64,000 nucleotides of DNA from Chloroflexota bacterium (GTDB lineage: Bacteria > Chloroflexota > Anaerolineae > Anaerolineales > E44-bin32). The notes beneath the pieces are model-generated. The model saw only the letters and a program-made list of their open reading frames with translations. It had not been told where the DNA came from and made no database searches. Positions 33,096-42,040 of this stretch are shown one piece after another. The DNA lies in assembly GCA_024277995.1 (NCBI GenBank), contig JAJRUD010000058.1, positions 1,410 to 65,409 on the forward strand. Reading direction: 5' to 3'. Every line of letters starts with the position of its first letter. Position 1 is the stretch's first letter. A program made the translations under genes and the position numbers.

Positions 33096-34298
33096 CTAAT
33101 GCCCCCCGGCCCATCCGGCGATCGCCTCCACCGCCGCCGCGGCGCCGCCATAGGATCGGATGCGCTCCCCCAGAACGACCGCCTTCGAGGCACATTCGGC
33201 CTGCCGCGCGAAGGCCCGCCGCAGCCAATCGGCGTTGAACTCGTCTACCTCACCCATCAAGCCCGCCCCCGCCGCCTCGACCTTCCTGGCGTTGTAGCGG
33301 CGCTCGAAAATCGGCCCAGGGAAGATGACCAGCGGCACGCCGTTCATCAGGGACTGGATGATCGTGTTCTGCCCTCCGTGGCAGATCGTCCACACCGACC
33401 TCGGCAGCACGGCTTCCGCCGGCACGTAAGGGCGGAAATCCACGCCACCAATGCGATATGGTTCCTGAATGCTTTGAGCGCCGACCAGGCACGTCAATTC
33501 CCCTCCGGGTGGAAATACCTGTGGCAAGACCCGCTCCAATGCGTCCAGCGATATCGAGCCGGTGCCCACGTACACGAAGACGTAGCGTCTTTCCGGCCCC
33601 TCGTCCAGCTCCATCCCGACGTCCGATCGAATGGGCGCCAGAAGATACCCGACGTAGCGGACGTCTACGCGACTGGGGTCGGTGTCGTCCAGTTCAGGAA
33701 TGGAGGGGATGATCTTGAGCACCGCTTTTCCGAAGCACAGCTCGTCGGGCGTCACCTCGGGCAGTCCATAAGATCGCAGAACGGGGGCTATGGCCCGGCG
33801 CATCAACTTCCAGGCCATGCCGCCGGTGCCATGGGTGACGATATGGGCATAGGCCGAGGCGAGGGGCACCCCCGTCGCCCTGGAAACGATGAAGGCGCCC
33901 GGGTCGAGATCGGTGAACAGGCGATCCGCCCGGAAGATCTGTGCGGCGTTGATCTCCCGCTCGACGAGACGACGTAGATAGCGAGACCTGGCCATCCCGG
34001 AAACGAGCAGCACCATCCATATGCTGCCGACAGACCGGCCCGGCCTGACCGGCAAGGTCCTGCGCTGCGAACGCCGCTCCAGGAGGCGCGACAGGAAAGG
34101 CGGCAGGCCGAACATGGTGGCGGCCGGCATCGAATAAACCTGGAACCCCCGCTCTCGCAAGGCGCCTTCAAGATACCCGGAGGCACAAAAGGCCACTTCG
34201 TGGCCGGCCTCTCGCGCAGCCTCGGCGATGGCCAGCACGCGTGTCAGCCCGCCCCACGTGCCGGTCGACGGCGAGAACACTGGAATCAACAGCCTCAT
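33096..34298 (-). CDS. GT1-family (MGT / UDP-glycosyltransferase-like) glycosyltransferase
   Basis: Trimmed to the ATG at 34296-34298. MRLLIPVFSPSTGTWGGLTRVLAIAEAAREAGHEV.... C-terminal donor-binding signature ...WTICHGGQNTIIQSLMNGVPLVIFPGPIFERRYNARKVEAAGAG. Confidence 0.85.
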   Translation of the reverse strand: MRLLIPVFSPSTGTWGGLTRVLAIAEAAREAGHEVAFCASGYLEGALRERGFQVYSMPAATMFGLPPFLSRLLERRSQRRTLPVRPGRSVGSIWMVLLVSGMARSRYLRRLVEREINAAQIFRADRLFTDLDPGAFIVSRATGVPLASAYAHIVTHGTGGMAWKLMRRAIAPVLRSYGLPEVTPDELCFGKAVLKIIPSIPELDDTDPSRVDVRYVGYLLAPIRSDVGMELDEGPERRYVFVYVGTGSISLDALERVLPQVFPPGGELTCLVGAQSIQEPYRIGGVDFRPYVPAEAVLPRSVWTICHGGQNTIIQSLMNGVPLVIFPGPIFERRYNARKVEAAGAGLMGEVDEFNADWLRRAFARQAECASKAVVLGERIRSYGGAAAAVEAIAGWAGGH

Positions 34299-34391
34299 GA
34301 TCCTGTGGCCCTCCTGGGTTTCTGGCGGACTGGAATGCACCCCGATTTCCCCCCTTCGCTACATAACTGACGGGCCCGCCGTGGTGCGTCG

Positions 34392-35414
34392 TCAGCCGGC
34401 GCCCGCCCGCGCCTCTTCGAAGGACATCCTGCGCAGTATCTTGTGCGCCTGCAGGGTGATCCACCGCGATGGCTCGCGTTTCTGCCCGAACTCCCAACCG
34501 CTCCAGTCGCGCCAGACGGATTCGGCCTTGAAGCGCCCCGCCTCGTCCGCCTTGGGCGCCAAGGCCTCTACGACCTCCTGCAGACGGCGGTCCTCCCGCA
34601 GCCACGGCATCTGCGTGAGCACCTCGGCGACGTGAAGCAGGTCGTACCAGACGAATGGTGCCTTGAGCCTGGCAAAGTGGGTTCCCATCGCAAACAGATA
34701 GGGGCGCCGTTCCGCCCGCTGATCCCACAGACCCAGCAGCTCCTCTGCGGCGGTTCGGGCCTCGTCGCAATCGAGCCACCTTGGCTTCAGCGCCAGCATT
34801 TTGAGTATCAACAGGTTGGCATAGGGACAGGGATCCGCCTTCCGGCCGGGGCCGCGGAACTTTTCCAACTCTTTCGCCACCGCACACGGCCAGCCGTTCT
34901 CGCGTGCCAGACTCAGAAGGCACTCCACTCCCCTCTCGATCCGCGGGTCTTCGCCAAAGCCGAATTTCACCAACGCGTAGATGATGGTGGGCGCATCACA
35001 CAACATCCAGACCCATTGGTCTTCCCCCGTTCCGCCGTAACGCGGATTGATGTTCACCTTGATCTGAAAGGGGCCTTCCTCGGCCTGGTGCGACAAGATT
35101 CCGGCTGCGATCTCTTCCACGCCGGGTTCCCCAAGGCGTAGGCCCAGATCCGCCGCGAAGGCCAACCTGTGCAGCAGGTGCCCCGCCGACTTGTGGCTCT
35201 TGAGCGGCGGGCCCGGCCAATCGCCGAGCGAAGCGATGAGTCCCTGGACCTTAGGGTCAGCGATCATCGCCGTGCGCGCCTCGCGCACGGCAGGCGCTGC
35301 TTCGGGCTGATCCTGAAGATCGACCAGGGTGCGATATCGGACCCATGAAGGCCCCTCCAGCAACCAGGCGATCAGCCCATCCGACGCGCCCGAGCCCTGC
35401 CCATCGTGCTTCAT
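34392..35414 (-). CDS. hypothetical protein, alpha/alpha-toroid (prenyltransferase / squalene-cyclase repeat)-like
   Basis: About 340 aa and soluble. Repeated Q..(E/D)G.(F/W) segments (SHQAEEGPFQ, LARENGWPC). The fold call is tentative. Start at the ATG at 35412-35414. Confidence 0.7.
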   Translation of the reverse strand: MKHDGQGSGASDGLIAWLLEGPSWVRYRTLVDLQDQPEAAPAVREARTAMIADPKVQGLIASLGDWPGPPLKSHKSAGHLLHRLAFAADLGLRLGEPGVEEIAAGILSHQAEEGPFQIKVNINPRYGGTGEDQWVWMLCDAPTIIYALVKFGFGEDPRIERGVECLLSLARENGWPCAVAKELEKFRGPGRKADPCPYANLLILKMLALKPRWLDCDEARTAAEELLGLWDQRAERRPYLFAMGTHFARLKAPFVWYDLLHVAEVLTQMPWLREDRRLQEVVEALAPKADEAGRFKAESVWRDWSGWEFGQKREPSRWITLQAHKILRRMSFEEARAGAG

Positions 35415-35534
35415 CGTTACACTCTTCCCCCAATCCGCCCAACCCAAGCGTTTCCCTTTCAGCCGCCGCCGGAGCTGCCATCCTCGCGGCGAGCCATCGT
35501 CCTGGAGCGAACGCCCCCGCCGCGAGCACGCCGA

Positions 35535-36119
35535 TCATGCCGCGCTCTTCTTCGCTTGATCGCCGTCGAGCCTCGCCCTGCCCGCGACCAGCACCAATCC
35601 CGTCACCATGGCCGGGATCGTGCCGGACAACACCAGTTGACCCAGCCCGGCGAAGTCCTGGCCGATGAGGAGTGTGAACAGCCACCATCCGACGACGCTC
35701 GCCGGGGCCCAAAGCCACGCCAAGGGCAATTCCCGCGCCAGAACAGCCCATTGCGCCAGGCCTCCCAACAGGCCGATGAGCAGCAGCGGCAGCAGTGCCA
35801 TCCCCTGCATCGCCTCGCCCGGGCCGGGCAGCTGGCTTATGAACCAGAACAAACCGAAAGCCACGACCCACGAGAGAGACGTGGCCCAGACCCACCACCT
35901 GGCGCTATGACCGTACAGGCGCAGCACCCACAACTGGGCGGCCGCCGGCAGGATGGACAGCAGCAGCATGAACAAGAGCGCCGCGATCTCACCTCCAAGA
36001 CCGCTGAACGCGAAAATGAAAAACAACACACCCACTGCGACCCCCGCCCCAATGGTGGTCGCGACCACCCATAGGGGCCAAAGCATGGCCGGCGTGGCGT
36101 ACCTTCGAAGGTTCAGCAT
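35535..36119 (-). CDS. hypothetical polytopic membrane protein
   Basis: Trimmed to the ATG at 36117-36119. MLNLRRYATPAMLWPLWVVATTIGAGVAVGVLFFIF.... About 6 hydrophobic helices, Trp-rich. Confidence 0.7.
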   Translation of the reverse strand: MLNLRRYATPAMLWPLWVVATTIGAGVAVGVLFFIFAFSGLGGEIAALLFMLLLSILPAAAQLWVLRLYGHSARWWVWATSLSWVVAFGLFWFISQLPGPGEAMQGMALLPLLLIGLLGGLAQWAVLARELPLAWLWAPASVVGWWLFTLLIGQDFAGLGQLVLSGTIPAMVTGLVLVAGRARLDGDQAKKSAA

Positions 36120-36276
36120 GTGCAGTCTCCAGACTGGCCGCGTGGCGGCGCCGGCGATCTCAAGCCCGCCGGCAGGATCGTCGCACGCCCGAGAGCGATC
36201 GCCTCCCCGTGAGCAGCGCGAGCTGCTGCCGTGTATTCCGTCGACGGGCACCCAGCCAGACCCAACGCGGCGCCGG

Positions 36277-37335
36277 TCATTCCGGTCCGCCCATCCCCTG
36301 CTCCGGCCCGGCCGGGGTGGGCACCCTGATCAACAACCAGAAGGGCTTATCGCCATGCTCGCCCAGGCCGAAGGGAAAACCGATCTCGTTGACGAGCATG
36401 TACTTCACGCGGTGCTCCCCCGCCTGCCTGGGGGCCCGCGCCTGGACCGAGACATTCACTTCCTCTCCCGGCAGGACCTCTCCCGTCAGGGGCACCCCGG
36501 CTCCGCGCGACCGCCGCGTGAGGGCCTGGATCAGGGTCACGATGCGGTATTCCTCCGTCCAGGTGCACGTCCCCGTGTTGCGCAGCCGCCAGGTCTTGGT
36601 GAAGCTGGCCCCGGGCAGGACCGTGGTCCCATCGGGAATGGTCACGTCTTCCACAAGAGAGGCCCGGTCCACGCATCCCCGTCCAGGCAGGACGACTACA
36701 CTGGCCAGCACATGTTCTGCGTCCTGCAGGCAGGCCTCACGCTGCGCCTGCCAGCGCACTTCGTAGGCCAGATGGATCCGCTCCGAGTAGAGATAGAGCC
36801 TGGAGCCGCTCATCTCAATCGTCTGGTACCTGATGACCCCCAGTTCTGCCCAGCCGAATTGGCATCTAGCGCGCATGCAGATATCCGAACCCGAAGCCCT
36901 GTAGTCACGAATCTCGCAGCCCGCGATGTCCCGATGGGCCAGATAGGCGTCTTGCAGGTAACCCTCCCTCCAGGTCCCGGTGGCATATTGCACGACGAAG
37001 TACGGCCCACTCACCTCGTCCCAAATGCGATATCCCGGCTGCGGCGTGATCGTGACCGTGGCCGATGGGCTCGGCGAGGAAGTGGGCAACCTGGTTGGCG
37101 TCCTCGATGAGAGAGGCGTCGGAGACGGCCTGCGCGTGCCGGCCAATGCGGCGAGCGCGGTGGCGGTCCAGGTGGGCGGAAGTGGAATAGAAGCCCCCTT
37201 TGTCACCACGCCGATTGAAGCCGGCAATTCAGGGGTCGTGGCCCCCCCAGGAGAGCGGACGCAGGCCGCCAGGATCATCGCCGCCACGATGATCAGAGGC
37301 TGCACCAGCCACCGGTCCCCCTGCCTCATTTGCAT
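36277..37335 (-). CDS. lipoprotein with C-terminal NBR1-FW-like (Ig-like) domain
   Basis: MQMRQGDRWLVQPLIIVAAMILAAC (lipobox), then a P/S/T-rich linker. C-terminal PGASFTKTWRLRNTGTCTWTEEY...LPGEEVNVSVQARAP...RVKYMLVNEIGFPFG is typical of NBR1-FW domains. Confidence 0.8.
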   Translation of the reverse strand: MQMRQGDRWLVQPLIIVAAMILAACVRSPGGATTPELPASIGVVTKGASIPLPPTWTATALAALAGTRRPSPTPLSSRTPTRLPTSSPSPSATVTITPQPGYRIWDEVSGPYFVVQYATGTWREGYLQDAYLAHRDIAGCEIRDYRASGSDICMRARCQFGWAELGVIRYQTIEMSGSRLYLYSERIHLAYEVRWQAQREACLQDAEHVLASVVVLPGRGCVDRASLVEDVTIPDGTTVLPGASFTKTWRLRNTGTCTWTEEYRIVTLIQALTRRSRGAGVPLTGEVLPGEEVNVSVQARAPRQAGEHRVKYMLVNEIGFPFGLGEHGDKPFWLLIRVPTPAGPEQGMGGPE

Positions 37336-37510
37336 GCTCCCCCTTCTGCCGGTGATACTGATTCGGCAATGGCGTCACCGCTCGAGGGCGATCGCGCTGC
37401 CAGCCGCCTGCAGCCCACAGCCGCCCGCAGGCCATAGAGCTCGATCACTCATTGCCCACGGCCGCAAAGGGCTGGGAAGACACCCGCGCCGCAGCACAAT
37501 GCCTGACGCG

Positions 37511-37681
37511 CTATAGCCCCCTCAACAACGTCGCCAGCACCAACAACACGAAGCCGAACGCGACGAGCCAGAAGGAGTATCCGCTCAGTATCGGGATCGG
37601 TGTTTGATGAGCCAGCAACCCCAGCAGACCGGCCAGGAAGGCCAGCACCCACGTTCCCTGTTTTGGCGGGGATAGTCTCAT
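37511..37681 (-). CDS. small (56 aa) two-helix membrane protein
   Basis: ATG at 37679-37681 with GGAGG upstream. MRLSPPKQGTWVLAFLAGLLGLLAHQTPIPILSGYSFWLVAFGFVLLVLATLLRGL. Confidence 0.45.
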   Translation of the reverse strand: MRLSPPKQGTWVLAFLAGLLGLLAHQTPIPILSGYSFWLVAFGFVLLVLATLLRGL

Positions 37682-37984
37682 GTTGTTCTGCCTCCATCCT
37701 CTGGGCAATCGTTTCCTTGCCGTCTGCGGAAGCCCCCTTCAGTCAGCCCGGCTTCGGCATCTTCACTATCTTACACCGATCTCGAGCCAAGGCGAGGCCC
37801 CGCCAGACGGCGCATGGCCAGGATGACACAAGATCCGTTCCACGAGAGTCCGCATTGGACGCGACATCGCTTCGGTATATCCGAACCGCAAGAGCAGTTG
37901 CGGCTGCGCCGCACAGGCACTGCGCCAGCCTTGAGGCTCGGAGAGCAATTCGGCGCTCTGCCGCCCGCAATCCGTGCTCCGACC

Positions 37985-38456
37985 TCACGCCAGAGGTTCG
38001 CCCACGCGCGCCGCGACCTCCACCAGATGCTCGCATCCATGCTCGAGCATCCGGCGCAGCGCGCGGCGCACGGTCCAGGCCACCTGGCCGCGCTGGACCA
38101 GCAGCGCGCGTTCCGGCTCACTCATCCCTTGCAGACGCTCCTCGGCGATCTCCCACACGCGTGCCAGAGCCGCGGGGAGCGCCTGCTGCCCTTGGCCCAC
38201 CGCTCGCAGCGCAGAGGAGAGGCCATCCACTTTGCCCAGCGCCGCCCGCAGGTAGGCGCATTGAGCTTCGACGACGTGTTCCAGGGTGCAGAAAGCGCCG
38301 AAAGGCGCGGATCGCATCCGGCGTGGCATCCAGAGCCTCTTCTGTGGTCGGCCCGTTTGCCGTGCAGCCCAGCAGGTCCAGCACGTGAACCATCGTCTTG
38401 CGGCGCCGCGGGCCGGATTCCAGGTATAGGGCGTATTCGACCACTGCGTTCACCAC
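37985..38456 (-). pseudogene. HicB-like N-terminal domain / DinB-like C-terminal domain protein with internal deletion and frameshift
   Basis: Frame 1, from the GTG at 38454-38456: MVNAVVEYALYLESGPRRRKTMVHVLDLLGCTANGPTTEEALDATPDAIRAFRRFL, then junk. Frame 2 (listed ORF 37985..38329): ...TLEHVVEAQCAYLRAALGKVDGLSS...SEPERALLVQRGQVAWTVRRALRRMLEHGCEHLVEVAA (DinB-type terminal helices). The first helices of the four-helix bundle are missing. Confidence 0.5.
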
Positions 38457-39433
38457 ATCTGGCTGCCGTCATGGCGTTTGAAGAACTCCCAGATGATCGC
38501 GTTCGCATCAATGTCTCGGCTCGTCTTCCCGATGCTCTCTTCCGGCCAGTACTGCCAGCCCCCCGGCCACGTGTGTCCGCCCCCCTCGACGACATAGAGG
38601 GTCACCTCGGCATCATCGGTGCACTGCGTATGGCTCTCTCGTCGTACGCGAGTGCCGTCCTCGGGCTCCCTGTCCGGCTCCCAGGCGATGTTGGGTTCGC
38701 CGGAACAGCCGTTCCGCGTCACCCAGTATTGGATGGTCTCCGACATGGAGAGCACCTTTCCGAGGCTGTCCCTTCCTGCCGGGCCCAGATCGCCACCTTC
38801 CCAGGGGGCCAGGGGGTCATCCGTGCCCATGATGTACAGCACGGGCAACGGCCGTTGCGGCGCGGGCATCTCGCGCAGAACCTGCGACATGGGCACCGCG
38901 ACGACCGCGATCGCGGCCACTTTGTCCGAGGCCTCGATGGCCAGCCGCTGCGCCATCAGGCCGCCGTTCGAGATGCCGGTCACGTACACCCGCTCAGGAT
39001 CGACGCCAAACTCCTCGACCAGGGCATCTATCAACGCCGAAATGAATCCCACATCGTCGACTTCCTCCTGCTGCGCGCGGTACTGCTCGAGGCCCCTGCC
39101 GTCATTCCAGTGCCGCTCGATGCCATCAGGATAGGCGACGATGAAGGAATCCTGGTCGGCCAATCGATTCAATCCGCCCAACGTAAGCCGCTCCATGGCC
39201 TTGCCATTGCCCGTCCCGCCATGCAGGGCGACGACCAGCCCCGGGCTGTCGCCGAACGCCCCGGGGAGGTACAGGCGATATGTCCGTTCCAGCCCTCCAT
39301 GCGAGACAGATCGCTGCAACGTCTCATCCCGCAGAGACGTGAACAGCCCGGGAAGCCCGCATGCCATTGTAAGCAGCAGCACGACAGGGAGACATACGCC
39401 TACGCGCAGAAGAGTCCTGGTCGAACCCGACAT
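38450..39433 (-). CDS. lipoprotein esterase, PHB-depolymerase / LpqC family (alpha/beta hydrolase)
   Basis: Trimmed to the ATG at 39431-39433 (GAGGAG upstream). MSGSTRTLLRVGVCLPVVLLLTMAC (lipobox). RTYRLYLPG...VVALHGGTGNG, FIVAYPDG, and the nucleophile in VYVTGISNGGLMA. Confidence 0.85.
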   Translation of the reverse strand: MSGSTRTLLRVGVCLPVVLLLTMACGLPGLFTSLRDETLQRSVSHGGLERTYRLYLPGAFGDSPGLVVALHGGTGNGKAMERLTLGGLNRLADQDSFIVAYPDGIERHWNDGRGLEQYRAQQEEVDDVGFISALIDALVEEFGVDPERVYVTGISNGGLMAQRLAIEASDKVAAIAVVAVPMSQVLREMPAPQRPLPVLYIMGTDDPLAPWEGGDLGPAGRDSLGKVLSMSETIQYWVTRNGCSGEPNIAWEPDREPEDGTRVRRESHTQCTDDAEVTLYVVEGGGHTWPGGWQYWPEESIGKTSRDIDANAIIWEFFKRHDGSQMW

Positions 39434-39604
39434 TTGTTCCACTCCTCGCACTGCCGCCTCTCTGAGGCGCCACGCGCTCATGGCGATCTGCCCGATACGC
39501 ATCTGCCTTGCTAAAATCCAGGCCCCTCCAGCGTCAATCGCTCCATCACGACCATTCCTCGAGGCCGGCCTCCCTCTGCGATCAAGAAAGAGCGCAGGCA
39601 CAGC

Positions 39605-40183
39605 TCAATCACCCGCCCAGTCTCTCATATCCCCTGAATAGAGTGTGGCGTTCTTGAAGGGTACGAGCGCGAGCACCACCGCGTGCTCGTACAGACCAGC
39701 CCTGTCGATCACCCCCCCGGTCAGGATCCCGATCGCCCCCTCGTTTTCTTTCGAGTTCTCCCGACCAAAGACGATGTCGTCCGCCTCCCCCAACTCCATC
39801 CCGGAGCGTATCAGTTCGGCCACCCGCTGCGGCAGATAGAAGGTGCCGCTGCGCGCTTTGCCCACCAGGCTTTTCGATCGCACCACAACCCAGGCGAAGG
39901 CCTGCATCCCCTCCCCGCCATCCTCGATTCCTCCCTCGATACCCACCCAATAGTCGGCCTGCGGCACTTCTCCCATCGCCTTGCGTGCCCGTATCGTCGC
40001 CCCGCGCAGCGTTTCCTCACTCGATCGGGGCTGATCACTTACGCCGGATTCCAGCGCGATCGCCTTCAATTCGAAGGCTTCTTTGGGGAACATCCTTTGG
40101 AAGCCGGCGAGTACGGCGCGCATTTTCGTGGGGTTCTTTGAAGCGAGGACAACCGTCGCCACGTCTCTCCCTTTCATATTCAT
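39605..40183 (-). CDS. inosine/xanthosine triphosphatase (YjjX / NTPase I-T family)
   Basis: Listed ORF 39605..40870 trimmed to the ATG at 40181-40183, which overlaps the upstream TGA (ATGA). MNMKGRDVATVVLASKNPTKMRAVLAGFQRMF...SGVSDQPRSSEETLRGA...WVGIEGGIE. Confidence 0.85.
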   Translation of the reverse strand: MNMKGRDVATVVLASKNPTKMRAVLAGFQRMFPKEAFELKAIALESGVSDQPRSSEETLRGATIRARKAMGEVPQADYWVGIEGGIEDGGEGMQAFAWVVVRSKSLVGKARSGTFYLPQRVAELIRSGMELGEADDIVFGRENSKENEGAIGILTGGVIDRAGLYEHAVVLALVPFKNATLYSGDMRDWAGD

Positions 40184-40842
40184 GCCCTGGTAATGAACCA
40201 CGCCCCCGCGGGGGCCGCCATGTTCAGCAGAACATGCGCGGCCGTCGTCCAGCGAATGGAGCCCGATGTTTTCGCCACCAAGCCCCATGCGAGACCCAGC
40301 GTGATTGACAACAGCGCGAATGCCGCGGTCTCTCGATTGATTCCCCCGGCCTCGATCGCCTGCGGCGATAGATGCCACAGGCCGAACCAGATCGAAGGGT
40401 AGATCACACCCCAAAGCCAACTGCCCGGGAAGACCACAACGTAGCTCCCGCGCCAGAGTATCTCCTCCATGGTTCCGTTCAGCAACGCGTACAGCGCCGA
40501 GAGGACGAGAAAGGTCAGACCGGCAGAAAGCACATGCGACGGAAACCGCGTGAGGAAGACGGCCAAAGGAGGTCCCAGAAGCAGGGTCAGGCCCAACCAG
40601 GCGGAGCGGCCGAAGGCCGGATGGGGATCGGAGCACATCTGCATCAGCCCCCTGGTGCCGACCGCAACCAGGCTCGGGCCGAAGCACCAGACGATCCAAT
40701 AGAACAGGAAACCAACCAGGTACGCGCAGGCCGATCCGAGCACATCTGCAGCATAACGAAAGACGAAGTACGTGGTCACCAGCAGGAAGGGCGGCGCCAG
40801 CAGCAGTGCGATCTGTGGCGTTGTGAACTGCCAGCCCTTCAT
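40180..40842 (-). CDS. CPBP-family intramembrane glutamic endopeptidase (CAAX protease / Abi)
   Basis: 220 aa, polytopic. Motifs EEILWRG, FGLWH and AAHVLLN. Confidence 0.85.
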   Translation of the reverse strand: MKGWQFTTPQIALLLAPPFLLVTTYFVFRYAADVLGSACAYLVGFLFYWIVWCFGPSLVAVGTRGLMQMCSDPHPAFGRSAWLGLTLLLGPPLAVFLTRFPSHVLSAGLTFLVLSALYALLNGTMEEILWRGSYVVVFPGSWLWGVIYPSIWFGLWHLSPQAIEAGGINRETAAFALLSITLGLAWGLVAKTSGSIRWTTAAHVLLNMAAPAGAWFITRA

Positions 40843-40946
40843 CGTTGTTCCCCGCTCCCTGAAGCAGCACCAGAGAACATCAGCCGCGTCCCCGCATATA
40901 CCGCGGCCTCATCCATTATCCCCCCGCCACACTTCTGGGCCAAGCC

Positions 40947-41547
40947 TCAATCCGCTCGCCGCCGTGGAACTCGTTGCACGCGGTCCACGGCGATCGCCAG
41001 GACCGCCACGATCCACAGGACGCCAAGAACCTGCCTGGCCGCGTCCAGCCACGCCGAGAGGCAGGCCAGGCCCCCAGGTCCGTGCGGGGCAGCCCCGGGA
41101 AGAACACCAGCAGCGGCGTATCGAACACCCACATCGTCACGAACACGGGCAGGAAGCAGGTCAACGACACTACGCTGAAATCGTCCTCGAAGGTTCCCTG
41201 CCCACCGACGAGCTTGCCCAGAAGTTGCAGGGCGCCCGCCAGGACCAGGAAATGGAGGAGGTAGATCACGGGTGTGAGCGGCCCCACCCACAGATAGTGT
41301 CACCTGGGCGGGATGGGCAGCCAGGGCTCGACGACCGCGCCAAGGCCCTACAAGCCACCGGTGAAAGCCACAACACCGTAGAGAAAGCCGATGAGAGCCA
41401 GGCCGTTACGGCATATTGCAAGCGGCCAGAGTGCGCGAGAAGCTGCCGCGTTGTATCGGACGGCCGCAGGGCGATGCGTGCGGCACAGCGGAGCGCTCCC
41501 ACAACGCCCCTGATTGCTCGCGCGATCACAGCCACCCCCATGCGCAA
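40947..41547 (-). pseudogene. decayed polytopic (Yip1-like?) membrane protein gene: two frameshifts and two in-frame stops
   Basis: Coding-like pieces are scattered over three frames. (1) M..GVAVIARAIRGVVGALRCAARIALRPSDTTRQLLAH. (2) LWPLAICRNGLALIGFLYGVVAFTGGL-TAG(41348-41350)-GLGAVVEPWLPIPPR-TGA(41300-41302)-HYLWVGPLTPVIYLLHFLVLAGALQLLGKLVGGQGTFEDDFSVVSLTCFLPVFVTMWVFDTPLLVFFPG, all in one frame. (3) GLACLSAWLDAARQVLGVLWIVAVLAIAVDRVQRV. The family assignment is tentative. Confidence 0.5.
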
Positions 41548-41773
41548 CTATCTGCAACCGGCACGACGCCGGAGACCGCGGAACGGTGCAAAGCCCGCTG
41601 CCTGCCTCGCACGGCTGCCGGCCGCTCCCTCGTGGACACCCCCCGCCGGTGGCATGTTCTCATGATGGCGTGAGACGCGAACAACGACCGCCCGCTCTTG
41701 GTGTGTTCATCGCACCTTGAGCGCTCCGGTCGTTGTGTAATCCACCACCGCGCACGACGGGGGTTTCATCAGG

Positions 41774-41846
<73 letters not shown>

Positions 41847-41856
41847 AAGCAGCGCC

Positions 41857-41865
41857 ATTATACCA
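41857..41865 (-). promoter_or_regulatory. candidate extended -10 promoter (TGGTATAAT) for tRNA-Lys
   Basis: The reverse complement of 41857-41865 is TGGTATAAT. It ends 10 nt upstream of the mature tRNA 5' end. Confidence 0.4.
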
Positions 41866-42021
41866 AGCCTGCGCCGGTCGTCAAAGGTCGGACGTTGCCC
41901 GGCGCGCGGCATGCGGCTGCACCCGCCGCGCGGACGATGATGGCGATCCGTCGCTGGCCGCGACGCAGGATCTGCAGGCCGTCCAAGATCGCGCCAACCC
42001 TTCATCTCCAGCGCCTTTCGC

Positions 42022-42030
42022 TGCTACAAT
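42022..42030 (+). promoter_or_regulatory. candidate extended -10 promoter (TGCTACAAT) for the 42.0-50.4 kb plus-strand array
   Basis: TGC-TACAAT at 42022-42030 lies 10 nt upstream of the ATG at 42041. No Shine-Dalgarno is present, so the leader is very short or absent. Confidence 0.35.
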
Positions 42031-42040
42031 ATGGGCAGCC

